Positions 17,430-28,712 of a stretch of 64,000 bases of DNA are shown in pieces (position 1 is the stretch's first letter; every line of letters starts with the position of its first letter). Source of the stretch: an uncultured Chloroflexia bacterium (GTDB lineage Bacteria; Chloroflexota; Limnocylindria; Limnocylindrales; CSP1-4). A program made the translations under genes and the position numbers. The stretch is taken from assembly GCA_963731635.1 (NCBI GenBank), contig CAVSWB010000001.1, positions 585,679 to 649,678 of the forward strand. The letters are read 5' to 3'. The notes beneath the pieces are model-generated. The model searched no databases, had not been told where the DNA came from, and saw only the letters and a program-made list of their open reading frames with translations.

Positions 17430-20081
17430 ATGTCACCGGACCGCGAGCATGAACTCGTCGAGCGCTCCCGCGAGGACGGGGCCGCCTTCGCGGAGCTCTA
17501 CGACGCGTACCTGCCGCGGATCTACGCCTTCAGCTATCGCCGCGTTCGCGAACGTTCGGCGGCCGAAGACCTCACCGCGACGACCTTCCAGCGAGCGCTG
17601 AAAACCGTCCGCAACTCGGACCTTCGCAACGAATCCTTCGGCGGCTGGCTCTACCGGATAGCGACGACGGCTATAGCCGAGCGCACCCGTCGTGGGCAGC
17701 GCCCGTCGCCCATTGCCGACACGGACCCGACCGGCCAGAATGGCCAGAACGACCTGGCGCTGGACTCCTTTGCCCTGGCGGTCGATCGCGAGCAGCTCCG
17801 CCGCGCCGTGCTGGCGATCCCGGGCGAGCAGCGAAGTCTGCTCGTGCTCCGCTGCTACGACGACCTGGACAACGCGGAGCTTTGCGCCGTCCTGGGTTGC
17901 GATGCCGAGACTCTGGCCGCTCGGCTCCAGGGGGCCATCGGCGCCGTCCGTCTCGTGATATCGGGCAGATCGCCGGACGCCGCCGCCGACGACACCGAGG
18001 TCGCTCAGATCAACGACCTGGCGCACGAACTCGGCGATGCCGGCCGATTGGCGAGGATCGTCTCGGCTCACCGCGAGCAACCGGACCCCGTCTTCTCGAG
18101 GAACCTGCGCGACGAACTGGCCGGCGTTTCCACCCACGTCGGCGGGAGCGCGGCCACGATCGCGCCAACTTCGCGGTCGAAGGCTGGCACGGTCCAACCC
18201 GTCGACGCCGCCGTCGTCGTACCTCCGCCCTCGGGACCCTTCCCCGGTCCGGTGCCGGGTCCGGCAAACCAACCGGCTGCGGTCCCGCCGCCGCCCGTGG
18301 CGGCCGAGAGCGCGGCAGTGGAAACGTACCCGGCGGGTGCCGCAACGGCGCGCGTGCCCACGGTGCCGCCGCCACCTGATGCGCAAGCGGACGAGGCCCC
18401 CCCAGCCGGTGCACCGGGGGCCACGGCCGTTCCTCCCGCAGCCGTCTCTCCGGCGCGGTCCCAGACCGGGTCTTCGCTGACGAAGCTCCGGGCAAACAAT
18501 CCGTTCGGGCTGACACCTGAGTGGCCGCCGGTGCCGACACGCTCATCCGACGCTCAACCCGGCATCGTGCCAACCCCGCCGGTCCCGGCCGCCGGGGCGC
18601 TGGACTCCCAGGACGTCGACGAAGCTTCTATCGAGGCGTTCTACAAGTGGGCCGCCAAGGCTCGGGCAGCGGGTCGGGCGGGCGCCTCCACCGATGAGCT
18701 ATCGGCTGCCGGCAACCATCCTCCAGTCGCGGCCCCGGAGCCGCCGGCTCCCGAGCCGCAGCCGGCGATTGAAACCGCGGACAAGCCCCGTCCCGCCGCC
18801 GGGCATGAGCCGAAAGCGCCGCGGCGTCGGATCCGCGGGCCGCACATCGCCGGGAAGTGGGTCGTTGCCGCCCTCAGCGCCGTTGTCGTGGTGGCCGTCG
18901 CCGCGTACGGGATCCAACTGTTCATGACGCCCGCGATTGCCGGCGCCACCGCCCCGGAGGCGGTCTCGGCGACCCTGATCCGGGACGGCGCGCGGACAAC
19001 GCTGACGACATATCAGTCGTTGAAGGTCGGCGACGAAATCCAGGTCGCGGCCGGCGGCCATGTCAGCCTGACCATAAACGACAGCCGGCTCCGTCTCGCT
19101 GCGGCCGCGGATTTGAAGCTCGTCAGCCTCGCCCAGGGACATATCGTCGTGGATCAGCTTGCCGGCGAGGTTTACTACCGGGTCAGCGTGCCGGCTGGCG
19201 GCGACTACAGCGTCACGACGGGGTCGGTCACCTGGGTCGCCCACGGCACCGCGTTCGATGTGAGCCGATCGCCCCGAGCCTCGGCCGCGGGCGACGAAGT
19301 CGTGGCACTCGCGCTGGTCGATGGCTTCGAGATCCAGGGTGCCGAAGCCGGCAGGACCCAGCAGCTCAAGGAAGGAATGAGCGCCACCGTCCAGCTGACA
19401 TCGACGGGGGCCAGCGACGGCCAGACTGTAACGGGCGTGATCCCCGCGGCGGTACTTGCCAATGCCTGGATCTCCGAGAACGCCAACCTCGACGCGCAGC
19501 AGGAGTTGCCGATGGGCGTGCTCATCGCCAACGCCGCCGAGTCGGAGGCAGCCGGAGCGACCGCGACACCGGTTCCGTCTTCGTCCGAAGCCCGGTCGCC
19601 CTCACCGTCGCCGAGTCCGACGCCCACCCAAAGCCCGACTCCAACGGCCACGGCGAAACCCACCGCGACCCCGACCCCGACCGCCACACCCAAGCCGACT
19701 CCGACGCGGACGACCACTCCGGCACCGGCCAAGACCCCGGTAAACCTGGGCACGCTCCGCTGGTCCAACGAGGGCAAAGGCGTCTACACCTGCACCTGGA
19801 ACGCTTATCCAGGAACGTGGGACGGCAGCACCGAATACCGCCTCGTCTACCTCCTTGGAGCATCGGGCACCCCCAGCTATCCGGGCAGCAACTACTGGCC
19901 GGGCGGCTTGTCGACCGATGCCGGAACGACTTCCTTCGTCTTGAACGCGGCCGACCTGCAGGCCCCGGGAACGGCTTCCTATCGTGTGCGGCTCCAAGCC
20001 GTGCGCGCCGGCACCGTTCTGGCTTCCACGGGCACGATCACGGTCACAGTTACGACTCCCGCGCCCCCGGCGGCGGCGTAG
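17430..20081 (+). CDS. ECF sigma factor fused to a transmembrane FecR-type anti-sigma-like protein (883 aa)
   Basis: Sigma-70 region 2 (FAELYDAYLPRIYAFSYRRV...AEDLTATTFQRAL) and region 4 (EQRSLLVLRCYDDLDNAELCAVLGC). Then a Pro/Ala-rich linker, one TM helix (WVVAALSAVVVVAVAAYGIQLF), a FecR-like beta domain, a PT linker and a C-terminal beta domain. AAGGGAG lies 9 nt before the ATG at 17430. Confidence 0.75.
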   Translation: MSPDREHELVERSREDGAAFAELYDAYLPRIYAFSYRRVRERSAAEDLTATTFQRALKTVRNSDLRNESFGGWLYRIATTAIAERTRRGQRPSPIADTDPTGQNGQNDLALDSFALAVDREQLRRAVLAIPGEQRSLLVLRCYDDLDNAELCAVLGCDAETLAARLQGAIGAVRLVISGRSPDAAADDTEVAQINDLAHELGDAGRLARIVSAHREQPDPVFSRNLRDELAGVSTHVGGSAATIAPTSRSKAGTVQPVDAAVVVPPPSGPFPGPVPGPANQPAAVPPPPVAAESAAVETYPAGAATARVPTVPPPPDAQADEAPPAGAPGATAVPPAAVSPARSQTGSSLTKLRANNPFGLTPEWPPVPTRSSDAQPGIVPTPPVPAAGALDSQDVDEASIEAFYKWAAKARAAGRAGASTDELSAAGNHPPVAAPEPPAPEPQPAIETADKPRPAAGHEPKAPRRRIRGPHIAGKWVVAALSAVVVVAVAAYGIQLFMTPAIAGATAPEAVSATLIRDGARTTLTTYQSLKVGDEIQVAAGGHVSLTINDSRLRLAAAADLKLVSLAQGHIVVDQLAGEVYYRVSVPAGGDYSVTTGSVTWVAHGTAFDVSRSPRASAAGDEVVALALVDGFEIQGAEAGRTQQLKEGMSATVQLTSTGASDGQTVTGVIPAAVLANAWISENANLDAQQELPMGVLIANAAESEAAGATATPVPSSSEARSPSPSPSPTPTQSPTPTATAKPTATPTPTATPKPTPTRTTTPAPAKTPVNLGTLRWSNEGKGVYTCTWNAYPGTWDGSTEYRLVYLLGASGTPSYPGSNYWPGGLSTDAGTTSFVLNAADLQAPGTASYRVRLQAVRAGTVLASTGTITVTVTTPAPPAAA

Positions 20082-20100
20082 CCGTCCGAGTCCGGGCGGG

Positions 20101-20751
20101 TCACGCGCCAGAGGCCGACCTCAGCGAAACCAGGTCGCCATCGACGATCTCGAAAAGGTGCTTGTCGATCGGCTCGTCGGCAGCGTGCGCCCGTTCCGCG
20201 ACGTAGTCGGCAAAGAGTCCTTCGAATTCTTCGTCGCCCCCGGCCAGCCCTGCGGCGATCAGCAGGTCGCGCTCTGGCAGGCCCACCAGGATTCGCCGGG
20301 CCGGGGCCAGGTTCGAGGAAAGCTGAGCGCGCACGTCGGGAAGGAGCACTCGGGCCGCGTCCATGCCTTCGCCGGAATCCGACCACACGACCCGTCGCCG
20401 ACCATCCTCTTCTTCCAGCCAGCCGGCATCGGCCGACCATCTGGCCAGGTTGGCCATGGCCGCCTGATCGACCCGGTCCGGCCCCACGCCCCAGGCCAAC
20501 ATGTGGTCGGCGCCGACCAGGACGTCGAAACCGTCTCCGGGGATGACATAGGCGATCGGAATGCCCGCGGGACCGGCTTTGATGAGCGGATCACCGATGG
20601 AACCACCGCCGGCGCGAACGCCCAGGCTGAGCCCGTCAATGCCCCGCGTTCCGATCGGCCGGAGGGACGGGTGGATCACGCTCGAGGCGGCGGCCCAATC
20701 GTGCTCGGGCGCAAGCGAAGGCGACAGACGACCAGCGGGCTCTCGATCCAT
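20101..20751 (-). CDS. hypothetical soluble protein (216 aa)
   Basis: Intact ORF. GGAGAG precedes the ATG at 20751 (MDREPAG). No family recognised. Confidence 0.55.
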   Translation of the reverse strand: MDREPAGRLSPSLAPEHDWAAASSVIHPSLRPIGTRGIDGLSLGVRAGGGSIGDPLIKAGPAGIPIAYVIPGDGFDVLVGADHMLAWGVGPDRVDQAAMANLARWSADAGWLEEEDGRRRVVWSDSGEGMDAARVLLPDVRAQLSSNLAPARRILVGLPERDLLIAAGLAGGDEEFEGLFADYVAERAHAADEPIDKHLFEIVDGDLVSLRSASGA

Positions 20752-20862
20752 CGATCTCTCCAGCGCGGACCGTGACGGCGGCCCGACCAGCGCCATTTAT
20801 ACACGGCCCACCTTGCCCGGGACCTGTCAGGCGGCCGCAAGTGTCGCATGCCGGATAAGCGA

Positions 20863-20890
20863 ACCGGCGGGCCATAGACGGCCCGCCGGT
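20863..20890 (-). terminator. hairpin downstream of the VWA gene (ACCGGCGGGCC-N6-GGCCCGCCGGT)
   Basis: 11-bp perfect stem 49 nt past the stop. It has the same stem core as the three hairpins at 47.5-50.6 kb. Confidence 0.5.
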
Positions 20891-20938
20891 CGGTTGGTTG
20901 TCAGGCGGCCGCGAACGCCGCGGCCCGATAGTCGGAGA

Positions 20939-22396
20939 TCAGCGGCGAACGTTCCGTCGCTGCCCCTCGACGGCGAAGACACCCAGCCCGCCGAACAGAA
21001 GGGCGACGAGCAGGGCGAACAGCGGAGATCCGCTGCCGCCGCCGGAGTTGTTGCCGGTGGTCGTGGCCGGAGCGGTCGCACTGGGCGCCGAGGTGACACC
21101 GGCGACTATCTGGACTGGAGTGGCGGTTGGGGCCTTGGTCGGAGTGGCAGTGGCGCCTTCGACGGACTGAACCGGCGTCGGGGCAGTTGTCGGAGCCGTG
21201 GTCGGGGTTGCGGTGGGGGCGTTGGTCGGGGTCGCAGTCGGGGTCGCGTCGGTCGGCGTTGCCGTTGCGGACGACTTGTTCACCGTCAGGACTTCGGCGC
21301 CGCAGGCGCTATCCGCCGAGCTGTGGGTACTGTCTGGGCTGTAGTGGATCTGCCAGTAGTAACTCCCGGCGTCCGGGAACGCGACCTCGTCGGATGACGG
21401 CGCGATGCCGTCCCTGACGGTCATGGTCCCGGCATCTGCGAAGACCACCTTGCACTGGTCGTCGCTGTAGACGGTATAGGTAACGGTTCCGCCGAACCCT
21501 TCCTTGGCGCCGCTCAGGATTGCCTGATCGCTCACCTTGGAGCCCTGTTCGACGCTGATCATCGCGCCGTTGGTGTCACCGGCGTGGAGCGTCGAGGTGA
21601 CGTCCGGGGCCGGGCAGGCGATCTGGGTGAAGATCGATGTGAACAGGGTCGGCAGGAGGCTCGAGTCGAGGACGTTGTAGTGATGGCTCGAGTCGTTGGG
21701 CTTGGCGAGATTCTGCATGAGCGTGAGATCGACCGCGCTGGAGCCCGTCCCGCCAGCGCCGATGGCGATCGTGATGACCTCGTCCGCCGCGTCCTTGAAG
21801 GTGTTGGCACTGGCTTCGGTCGGCCGCTGAGATGTGCCGTTCCCCCAGCCCGTGTTGGGTCCGTCTGGATTAGGCCGGCCGTCGGACAGGAAGATGATCA
21901 CGTGCTTGATGCCGTCGATCGTCCGTGCGTGGTCGGTCAGGTCCTTAGCCCCGGCAGCCATACCCGTCTTGAAGGGGGTGTTGCCGCCGGCAGTCAGGGC
22001 GCTGATCGCTGCGTCAACCTGGGCGGCGGTCGAGGTCCCCAGGGCCAGCTTGACCGACGCCGTTGTGCCGCTGAAGGTCGTCAGGCCGACGTGGTGAAGT
22101 GTGCCGACGCCGCCGTGGCTATCGAGGTCGCTGACCAGCTGCGTAGCCGCAGCCTGCGCCCAGTACAGCCGCGTGTGGGACGGCGTGCCCGACTTGTTGG
22201 AACTCATCGACCCCGAGGTGTCGAGCACGATCTCGACGTCGAGCGGATTGGTTCCGCAGATGTTCGTTCCTGCGGCCAAAGCCGGCGCTGCAGGTGTGTT
22301 AGGGGATACCGCGAGCGCCGCACCACCAATCGCCAGGACGCCAGCGGCGCCGAGGACGAGTGCCAGGCCTGGCGCTGCCAGCCTGTGAGATCTCAT
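20939..22396 (-). CDS. secreted von Willebrand factor A domain protein with an Ig-like domain, PT linker and C-terminal TM/QRR tail
   Basis: Signal peptide and MIDAS DTSGSMS. A VTYTVYSDDQC...AGSYYWQIHYS domain is shared with the 46378 gene. The tail reads GGGSGSPLFALLVALLFGGLGVFAVEGQRRNVRR. GGGAGGAG lies 8 nt before the ATG at 22396. Confidence 0.85.
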   Translation of the reverse strand: MRSHRLAAPGLALVLGAAGVLAIGGAALAVSPNTPAAPALAAGTNICGTNPLDVEIVLDTSGSMSSNKSGTPSHTRLYWAQAAATQLVSDLDSHGGVGTLHHVGLTTFSGTTASVKLALGTSTAAQVDAAISALTAGGNTPFKTGMAAGAKDLTDHARTIDGIKHVIIFLSDGRPNPDGPNTGWGNGTSQRPTEASANTFKDAADEVITIAIGAGGTGSSAVDLTLMQNLAKPNDSSHHYNVLDSSLLPTLFTSIFTQIACPAPDVTSTLHAGDTNGAMISVEQGSKVSDQAILSGAKEGFGGTVTYTVYSDDQCKVVFADAGTMTVRDGIAPSSDEVAFPDAGSYYWQIHYSPDSTHSSADSACGAEVLTVNKSSATATPTDATPTATPTNAPTATPTTAPTTAPTPVQSVEGATATPTKAPTATPVQIVAGVTSAPSATAPATTTGNNSGGGSGSPLFALLVALLFGGLGVFAVEGQRRNVRR

Positions 22397-22477
22397 GAAA
22401 ACTACTCCTCCCACCTTTACGGCGAGTCTTGGGGACTACCCACCCCGCCCCTAAAGAGTAGCTATTCGTTCGTATTC

Positions 22478-22486
22478 GTCTAGTAC
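22478..22486 (-). promoter_or_regulatory. GTACTAGAC box, 82 nt upstream of the VWA gene
   Basis: One of four same-orientation GTnCTrGAC boxes upstream of the tail-bearing genes, inside an AT-richer leader. Confidence 0.35.
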
Positions 22487-22624
22487 CAATTACCTACTCA
22501 GTCCCACGGGCTGGGACTACCCATTTGAGGAGTACAACTATCCGCCCCTAACTGCACTGGGCATGCCCGAGGCGGTCCTGCCTGTCGGCCTTCCGCCGGC
22601 GCGCCGAGGGGACCCGGACGGCCC

Positions 22625-24268
<1,644 letters not shown>

Positions 24269-24506
24269 TCGTGGCTCCTCGCTCGTGGCACCTGGTCGAG
24301 CGGATTCTATGTCACGCGCCGGGTACGCCCCATACGGCCGCCGGCCGCCGCCCAATGCGTTGCATTCGCCGCGTTCCGAGCCTTCCGTTGCACGCACCGC
24401 CCGACCGATGCGTGGGCTGCGACGGCCGGTGCCCGTTCTCACGGCGCCTCGTATCCTCCCGGCGCAACTTCCATCGACTCCGCCACAGGGCTGCGAGGTG
24501 AGCGGT

Positions 24507-25130
24507 ATGTCCCAGCTTGCACCACTGTTCCTGACGATCCATATCCTCACGGCCATCGCGGCCTTCGGCCCGAGCTTTGCCTTTCCGCTGATCTCCGGTC
24601 TCGCTGCCAAGCAGCCTCAGCACGGTCTATTCGCGGTTCGCCTGGTCGACTTGTTGGAGCGGCGAATGATCCTGCCGCTGGCCTTGACGATGCCCGTCAG
24701 CGGGGCGTTGCTCGTCTGGTCCGAGGGGATCGATCTGGTCAATACCCACTGGCTCCTCGCGGCGATCACGCTCTACGTGGTGGCCATCGCCTTCGCCTTC
24801 GCGGTCCAGCTCCGGACCGTCGAACGGATGCTCGAGGTGGCCGGCAAGCTGGCGGCCGGGGCGCCCGCGCTCGGCGCCGCGCCTGCCGGAGCCGCTGAAC
24901 CCGCCGCGGCCGGCTCCGGCGCCGCGCGTGCGCTTGGCGGGGCAGCGCCTGAGCTTGTCGGCGCAGGGCCCGGAGCGCAGCTCGCCGCTCCCCCGGCCGG
25001 AGGCCCGCCGCCGGGCAGCCTGCCGGCCCAGATGGCCGCCCTCGGCGTCCGCGCTCGCAACGGTGGATTCTTCCTGAGCGTGCTCATCGTCGCGATCGTC
25101 ACGCTGATGGCTTCCAAGCCGACGTTCTGA
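24507..25130 (+). CDS. DUF2269-like integral membrane protein with an Ala/Gly/Pro-rich loop
   Basis: MSQLAPLFLTIHILTAIAAFGPSFAFPLI plus three further TM helices. GAGGTG precedes the ATG at 24507. Confidence 0.55.
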   Translation: MSQLAPLFLTIHILTAIAAFGPSFAFPLISGLAAKQPQHGLFAVRLVDLLERRMILPLALTMPVSGALLVWSEGIDLVNTHWLLAAITLYVVAIAFAFAVQLRTVERMLEVAGKLAAGAPALGAAPAGAAEPAAAGSGAARALGGAAPELVGAGPGAQLAAPPAGGPPPGSLPAQMAALGVRARNGGFFLSVLIVAIVTLMASKPTF

Positions 25131-25165
25131 GCCGCCGCCCGCCGCCCGCCGCCCGCCGCCCGCCG
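25131..25165. repeat. heptamer tandem repeat (GCCGCCC x4-5) immediately after the stop codon
   Basis: Read directly: GCCGCCGCCCGCCGCCCGCCGCCCGCCGCCCGCCGG. Confidence 0.85.
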
Positions 25166-25333
25166 GCAGAAGGCGCGACTCGGGCGAGCTTGATCGGCTC
25201 GTTTGGTTGCATTTGGGTCCCAGATGGCGGTTCGACCGGGAACACGATCGAATCTGTGTGGTGGCAAGCCGGTATAGTCGGCGGACCGTCGGGCACCAGA
25301 GAGGCGATTACTCGCGCGAGGAGAAGCTCCCAA

Positions 25334-27013
25334 ATGACGCCTTCACAGACGCCCAAGTCCCGGGAGGAGACGATCCGGCAGGACGTCCACGACCTCCACC
25401 GGCTTGGTTACGCCCAGGAGCTCTTCCGCACGATGGGCGGGTTCTCCAACTTCGCGATCAGCTTCACGATCATCTCTATCCTGACCGGCGCAGTCATCCT
25501 GTTCGACTACGGGCTTGCCTGGGGTGGCCCGGCCGCGAGCACTCTCGGCTGGCCGCTGGTCTCGATCTTTACCCTGATGATTGCGGCGTCGATGGCCGAG
25601 ATCGCCTCGGCGTACCCGACGGCCGGCGGACTGTATTACTGGTCGAGCCGGATGAAGAACAAGGACTGGGGCTGGTGGACCGCCTGGTTCAATCTAGCCG
25701 GCCAGGTCGCGATCGTCGCCGGCATCGACTTCGCGGCCGCCTCGTTCGTCAATTCGGGCATCGTCACCCCGATCCTGAGCAACTTCAACGTCAACTACGG
25801 CAACAGCTCGATGTTCCTCGGCACGCTCGTGAGCGGTCAGCTCGTGACGATGGCCGCGCTGCTGGTCATCCAGCTGGCCCTGAACATCGGCGGCATTCGC
25901 ATCGTCGCTCGGCTCAACGACGCGTCGGTGTGGTGGCACATCGGCACGGTCGCCGTGATCGTCGTGGCTCTCTATCTGATCAGCTCTGGCAAGGCCCACT
26001 CCACCCTCAGCCCGTTCGCGATCGCGCCGCAGGACGCCAGCGGAGGCGCCTCGGTCTTCGGCGGGGCGCTCAACCTCGGCCCGGCGGTCGGCTACGCGCT
26101 GCCGTTCGCGTTCCTGTTCTCGCTTTTGCAGGCGCAGTGGACGTTCACGGGTTACGACGCCTCGGCCCACGTGGCGGAAGAGACCATCGGCGCCCGTCTC
26201 GCAAGTGCCTGGGGCGTCTTCATCTCGGTGGCCGTCTCGGCCGTCGTCGGCTACATCGTGCTTCTCGGCCTGGTGACGCACCTCCCGCCGCTCGATCAGG
26301 TATTCAACTCGAGCTGCGTCGCCAGCCCGGTGGGCTTGTGCAGCCAGTACTACGGCGGTACGGCGGTCGTCTTCTCGACGCTGACGTACAACCTCGGCGC
26401 GCTCGGCAACTGGCTGGGCGCGGCGATCGCGGTCGCCATGAGCCTGTGCGGCCTCGCTTCGGTCGCGGCCGCCGGCAGGATGCTCTTCGCCTTCAGCCGG
26501 GATCACGGCGTACCCGGTTCGCCGTGGCTTCGTAAGGTCTCGCATCGCTATCGCACCCCGGCCAACGCGATATTCGCGATCGTGCTCTTCTCCTACATCC
26601 TGACGAACGCCGCGTTCATCTTCGGCGGCGCCACCGCGATCGCGATCGTGACTGCCATCAGCACCATCGCCCTCTACTGGGCGTACGGCGTGCCGATATA
26701 CCTCGGCGTCTTCGGCAAGCAGGAATGGCGCGAACACGCGGTCTGGAGCCTCGGGCGCTTCTCCAAGCCGATCGGCATCGTCGCCATCGCCTGGATCGCC
26801 GTTATCTCGGTGCTCTTCCTGTGGCCGACATCCGGCAACGCCTTCACCTGGCTCGCCTACATCGTCTTCCTCGGCTTCCTCCTCCTGTACTACTTCGTCT
26901 GGGCACGCAGCCACTTCAAGGGCCCGGTTGTCGAGGTCGGCGAGCTCGAGCTGACGGAGATCGAGCGCGAGTTCGAAAAGGCGGCCGAGGAGCTGGGCGG
27001 AGCGACCGCCTAG
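25334..27013 (+). CDS. APC-superfamily amino acid/polyamine permease
   Basis: 12-13 TM helices and the N-terminal motif FSNFAISFTIISILTG...MAEIASAYPTAGGLYYW. GAGGAG precedes the ATG at 25334. Confidence 0.85.
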   Translation: MTPSQTPKSREETIRQDVHDLHRLGYAQELFRTMGGFSNFAISFTIISILTGAVILFDYGLAWGGPAASTLGWPLVSIFTLMIAASMAEIASAYPTAGGLYYWSSRMKNKDWGWWTAWFNLAGQVAIVAGIDFAAASFVNSGIVTPILSNFNVNYGNSSMFLGTLVSGQLVTMAALLVIQLALNIGGIRIVARLNDASVWWHIGTVAVIVVALYLISSGKAHSTLSPFAIAPQDASGGASVFGGALNLGPAVGYALPFAFLFSLLQAQWTFTGYDASAHVAEETIGARLASAWGVFISVAVSAVVGYIVLLGLVTHLPPLDQVFNSSCVASPVGLCSQYYGGTAVVFSTLTYNLGALGNWLGAAIAVAMSLCGLASVAAAGRMLFAFSRDHGVPGSPWLRKVSHRYRTPANAIFAIVLFSYILTNAAFIFGGATAIAIVTAISTIALYWAYGVPIYLGVFGKQEWREHAVWSLGRFSKPIGIVAIAWIAVISVLFLWPTSGNAFTWLAYIVFLGFLLLYYFVWARSHFKGPVVEVGELELTEIEREFEKAAEELGGATA

Positions 27014-27113
27014 CGTCTGGCCCCGGTCGGCCGGGCGAGCCACAATATCGACCTGCGGAGCGACTGCAAGCCCCGGCCGATCGATGCGTCCAGCGCAGGA
27101 CAGGGAGGATCCG

Positions 27114-28496
27114 ATGAGCGACGAGCACGGCGCCAACCAGCAGCTCGAGGAACTGCGCGAGATGGTGCGAGACGGGCGAATCGACACCGTCATCGTGGCG
27201 CTCACCGACATGCAGGGCCGGCTCATGGGCAAGCGGGTCCAGGCTCAGGCATTCCTCAACGGCGTGGTCGACCACGGCATTCATTTCTGCACGTACCTGC
27301 TCGGTACGGACATGGAGATGAACACGCCGGACGGTTTCGCCCTGATGAACTGGGAAACCGGCTACGGCGACTGGATCGGGCGCGAGGTCTGGGAAACGAC
27401 GCGCGTCCTGCCGTGGCTCGATTCGACGGCCCTGGTGCTCTGCGACGCGGTCGACGACACGGGCGAGGAGATACCCGTATCCCCGCGAACGATGCTCAAG
27501 CGGCAGGTCGCGAAGGCCGCCGGCCTGGGCTACGTCGCGAAAGCCGGCACGGAGTTCGAGTTCTACGTCTTGCGCGATACGTTCGAGGACATGCACGAGA
27601 AGGGCTATGTCGACCTCGACCGCGTCGGTTACTACAACGAGGACTACCACCTGCTCCAGGCGACCAAGCTCGAGCCGCTGTACCGGCAGATCCGCAACCA
27701 GATGACGGCCGCGCGCGTTCCAATCGAATTCAGCAAGGGCGAGGCGGCGCCGTCGCAGCACGAGGTCAACATCCGCTACGACAACGTCCTGGAATCGGCC
27801 GATCGGAGCGTCATCTTCAAGCACGGCGCCAAGGAGATCGCCTGGCTCAACGGCTACGGCGTGACGTTCATGGCCAAGCCTTATGCCGAGTGGACGGGCT
27901 CTTCCGGCCATCTCCACATGAGCCTCTGGAGTCCGGACGGCGAGAAGCCGCTCTTCTACGAGGCCGGCGCCGAACCCTACGGAATGGGCCAGCTGATGCG
28001 CTGGTTCATGGGTGGGATGATGGCGCTCCAGCGCGAGCTGGCGCTGTTCATCGCCCCGAACATCAATTCCTACAAACGCTATGCGGTCGCGAGCTGGGCC
28101 CCGGTGAATGTCGTCTGGGGCCGCGACAACCGCACGACGGGGTTCCGGATCGTGGGTTCGGGCGGGGCGCTCCACATCGAGAATCGCTTCCCGGGTGGTG
28201 ACATGAACGCCTACCTCGCCTACGCCGCCGAGCTCGGCGCGGGGCTGTACGGCATCGAGCACAAGATCGAGCCGCCGGCCGAGTTCAAGGGCAACGGCTA
28301 CACGGCGACCGGCTGCGACCGGATGCCGCGGGCACTGTACGAAGCGATCGGCTTGCTTGAGCACAGCAAGGCCGCGGTCGAGATCTTCGGCCGGGACGTG
28401 GTCGACCACTATCTCAACGCGGCTCGAGTGGAGCGCGAAGCCTACGACGCGGCGGTTCACCCCTGGGACCGCGAGCGCTACCTCGAGCGAGGCTGA
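27114..28496 (+). CDS. glutamine synthetase family protein (gamma-glutamyl-amine ligase type)
   Basis: GTEFEFY, EAAPSQHEVN, SSGHLHMSLW and NSYKR GS-fold motifs. AGGGAGG precedes the ATG at 27114. Confidence 0.8.
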   Translation: MSDEHGANQQLEELREMVRDGRIDTVIVALTDMQGRLMGKRVQAQAFLNGVVDHGIHFCTYLLGTDMEMNTPDGFALMNWETGYGDWIGREVWETTRVLPWLDSTALVLCDAVDDTGEEIPVSPRTMLKRQVAKAAGLGYVAKAGTEFEFYVLRDTFEDMHEKGYVDLDRVGYYNEDYHLLQATKLEPLYRQIRNQMTAARVPIEFSKGEAAPSQHEVNIRYDNVLESADRSVIFKHGAKEIAWLNGYGVTFMAKPYAEWTGSSGHLHMSLWSPDGEKPLFYEAGAEPYGMGQLMRWFMGGMMALQRELALFIAPNINSYKRYAVASWAPVNVVWGRDNRTTGFRIVGSGGALHIENRFPGGDMNAYLAYAAELGAGLYGIEHKIEPPAEFKGNGYTATGCDRMPRALYEAIGLLEHSKAAVEIFGRDVVDHYLNAARVEREAYDAAVHPWDRERYLERG

Positions 28497-28712
28497 TAGA
28501 GGGCGGCTCCGCGCCGCCATACCGTGCCGGGCGCGGCCGCAGCCCGCGCCACTCGCCACGTTCCGTTTAGCCGCCGCTTGACCACGGCCCGCGCCGCGCC
28601 GCGCCGGGACATGGCCGCGCCGCGCCGCGCTCGATTTCGCGACGCCATTGAACAGAGTGCGCCGTCGCCTCGTCTGGATGGCTGAAGTCACACCGGACAC
28701 GAGGATCGACCG

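Noticed and set aside
25166-25333. Possible riboswitch (glycine or lysine type) in the 170-nt leader of the amino-acid permease gene.
   Set aside because: I could not find the conserved cores of those classes by eye. A covariance-model scan is needed before any claim.
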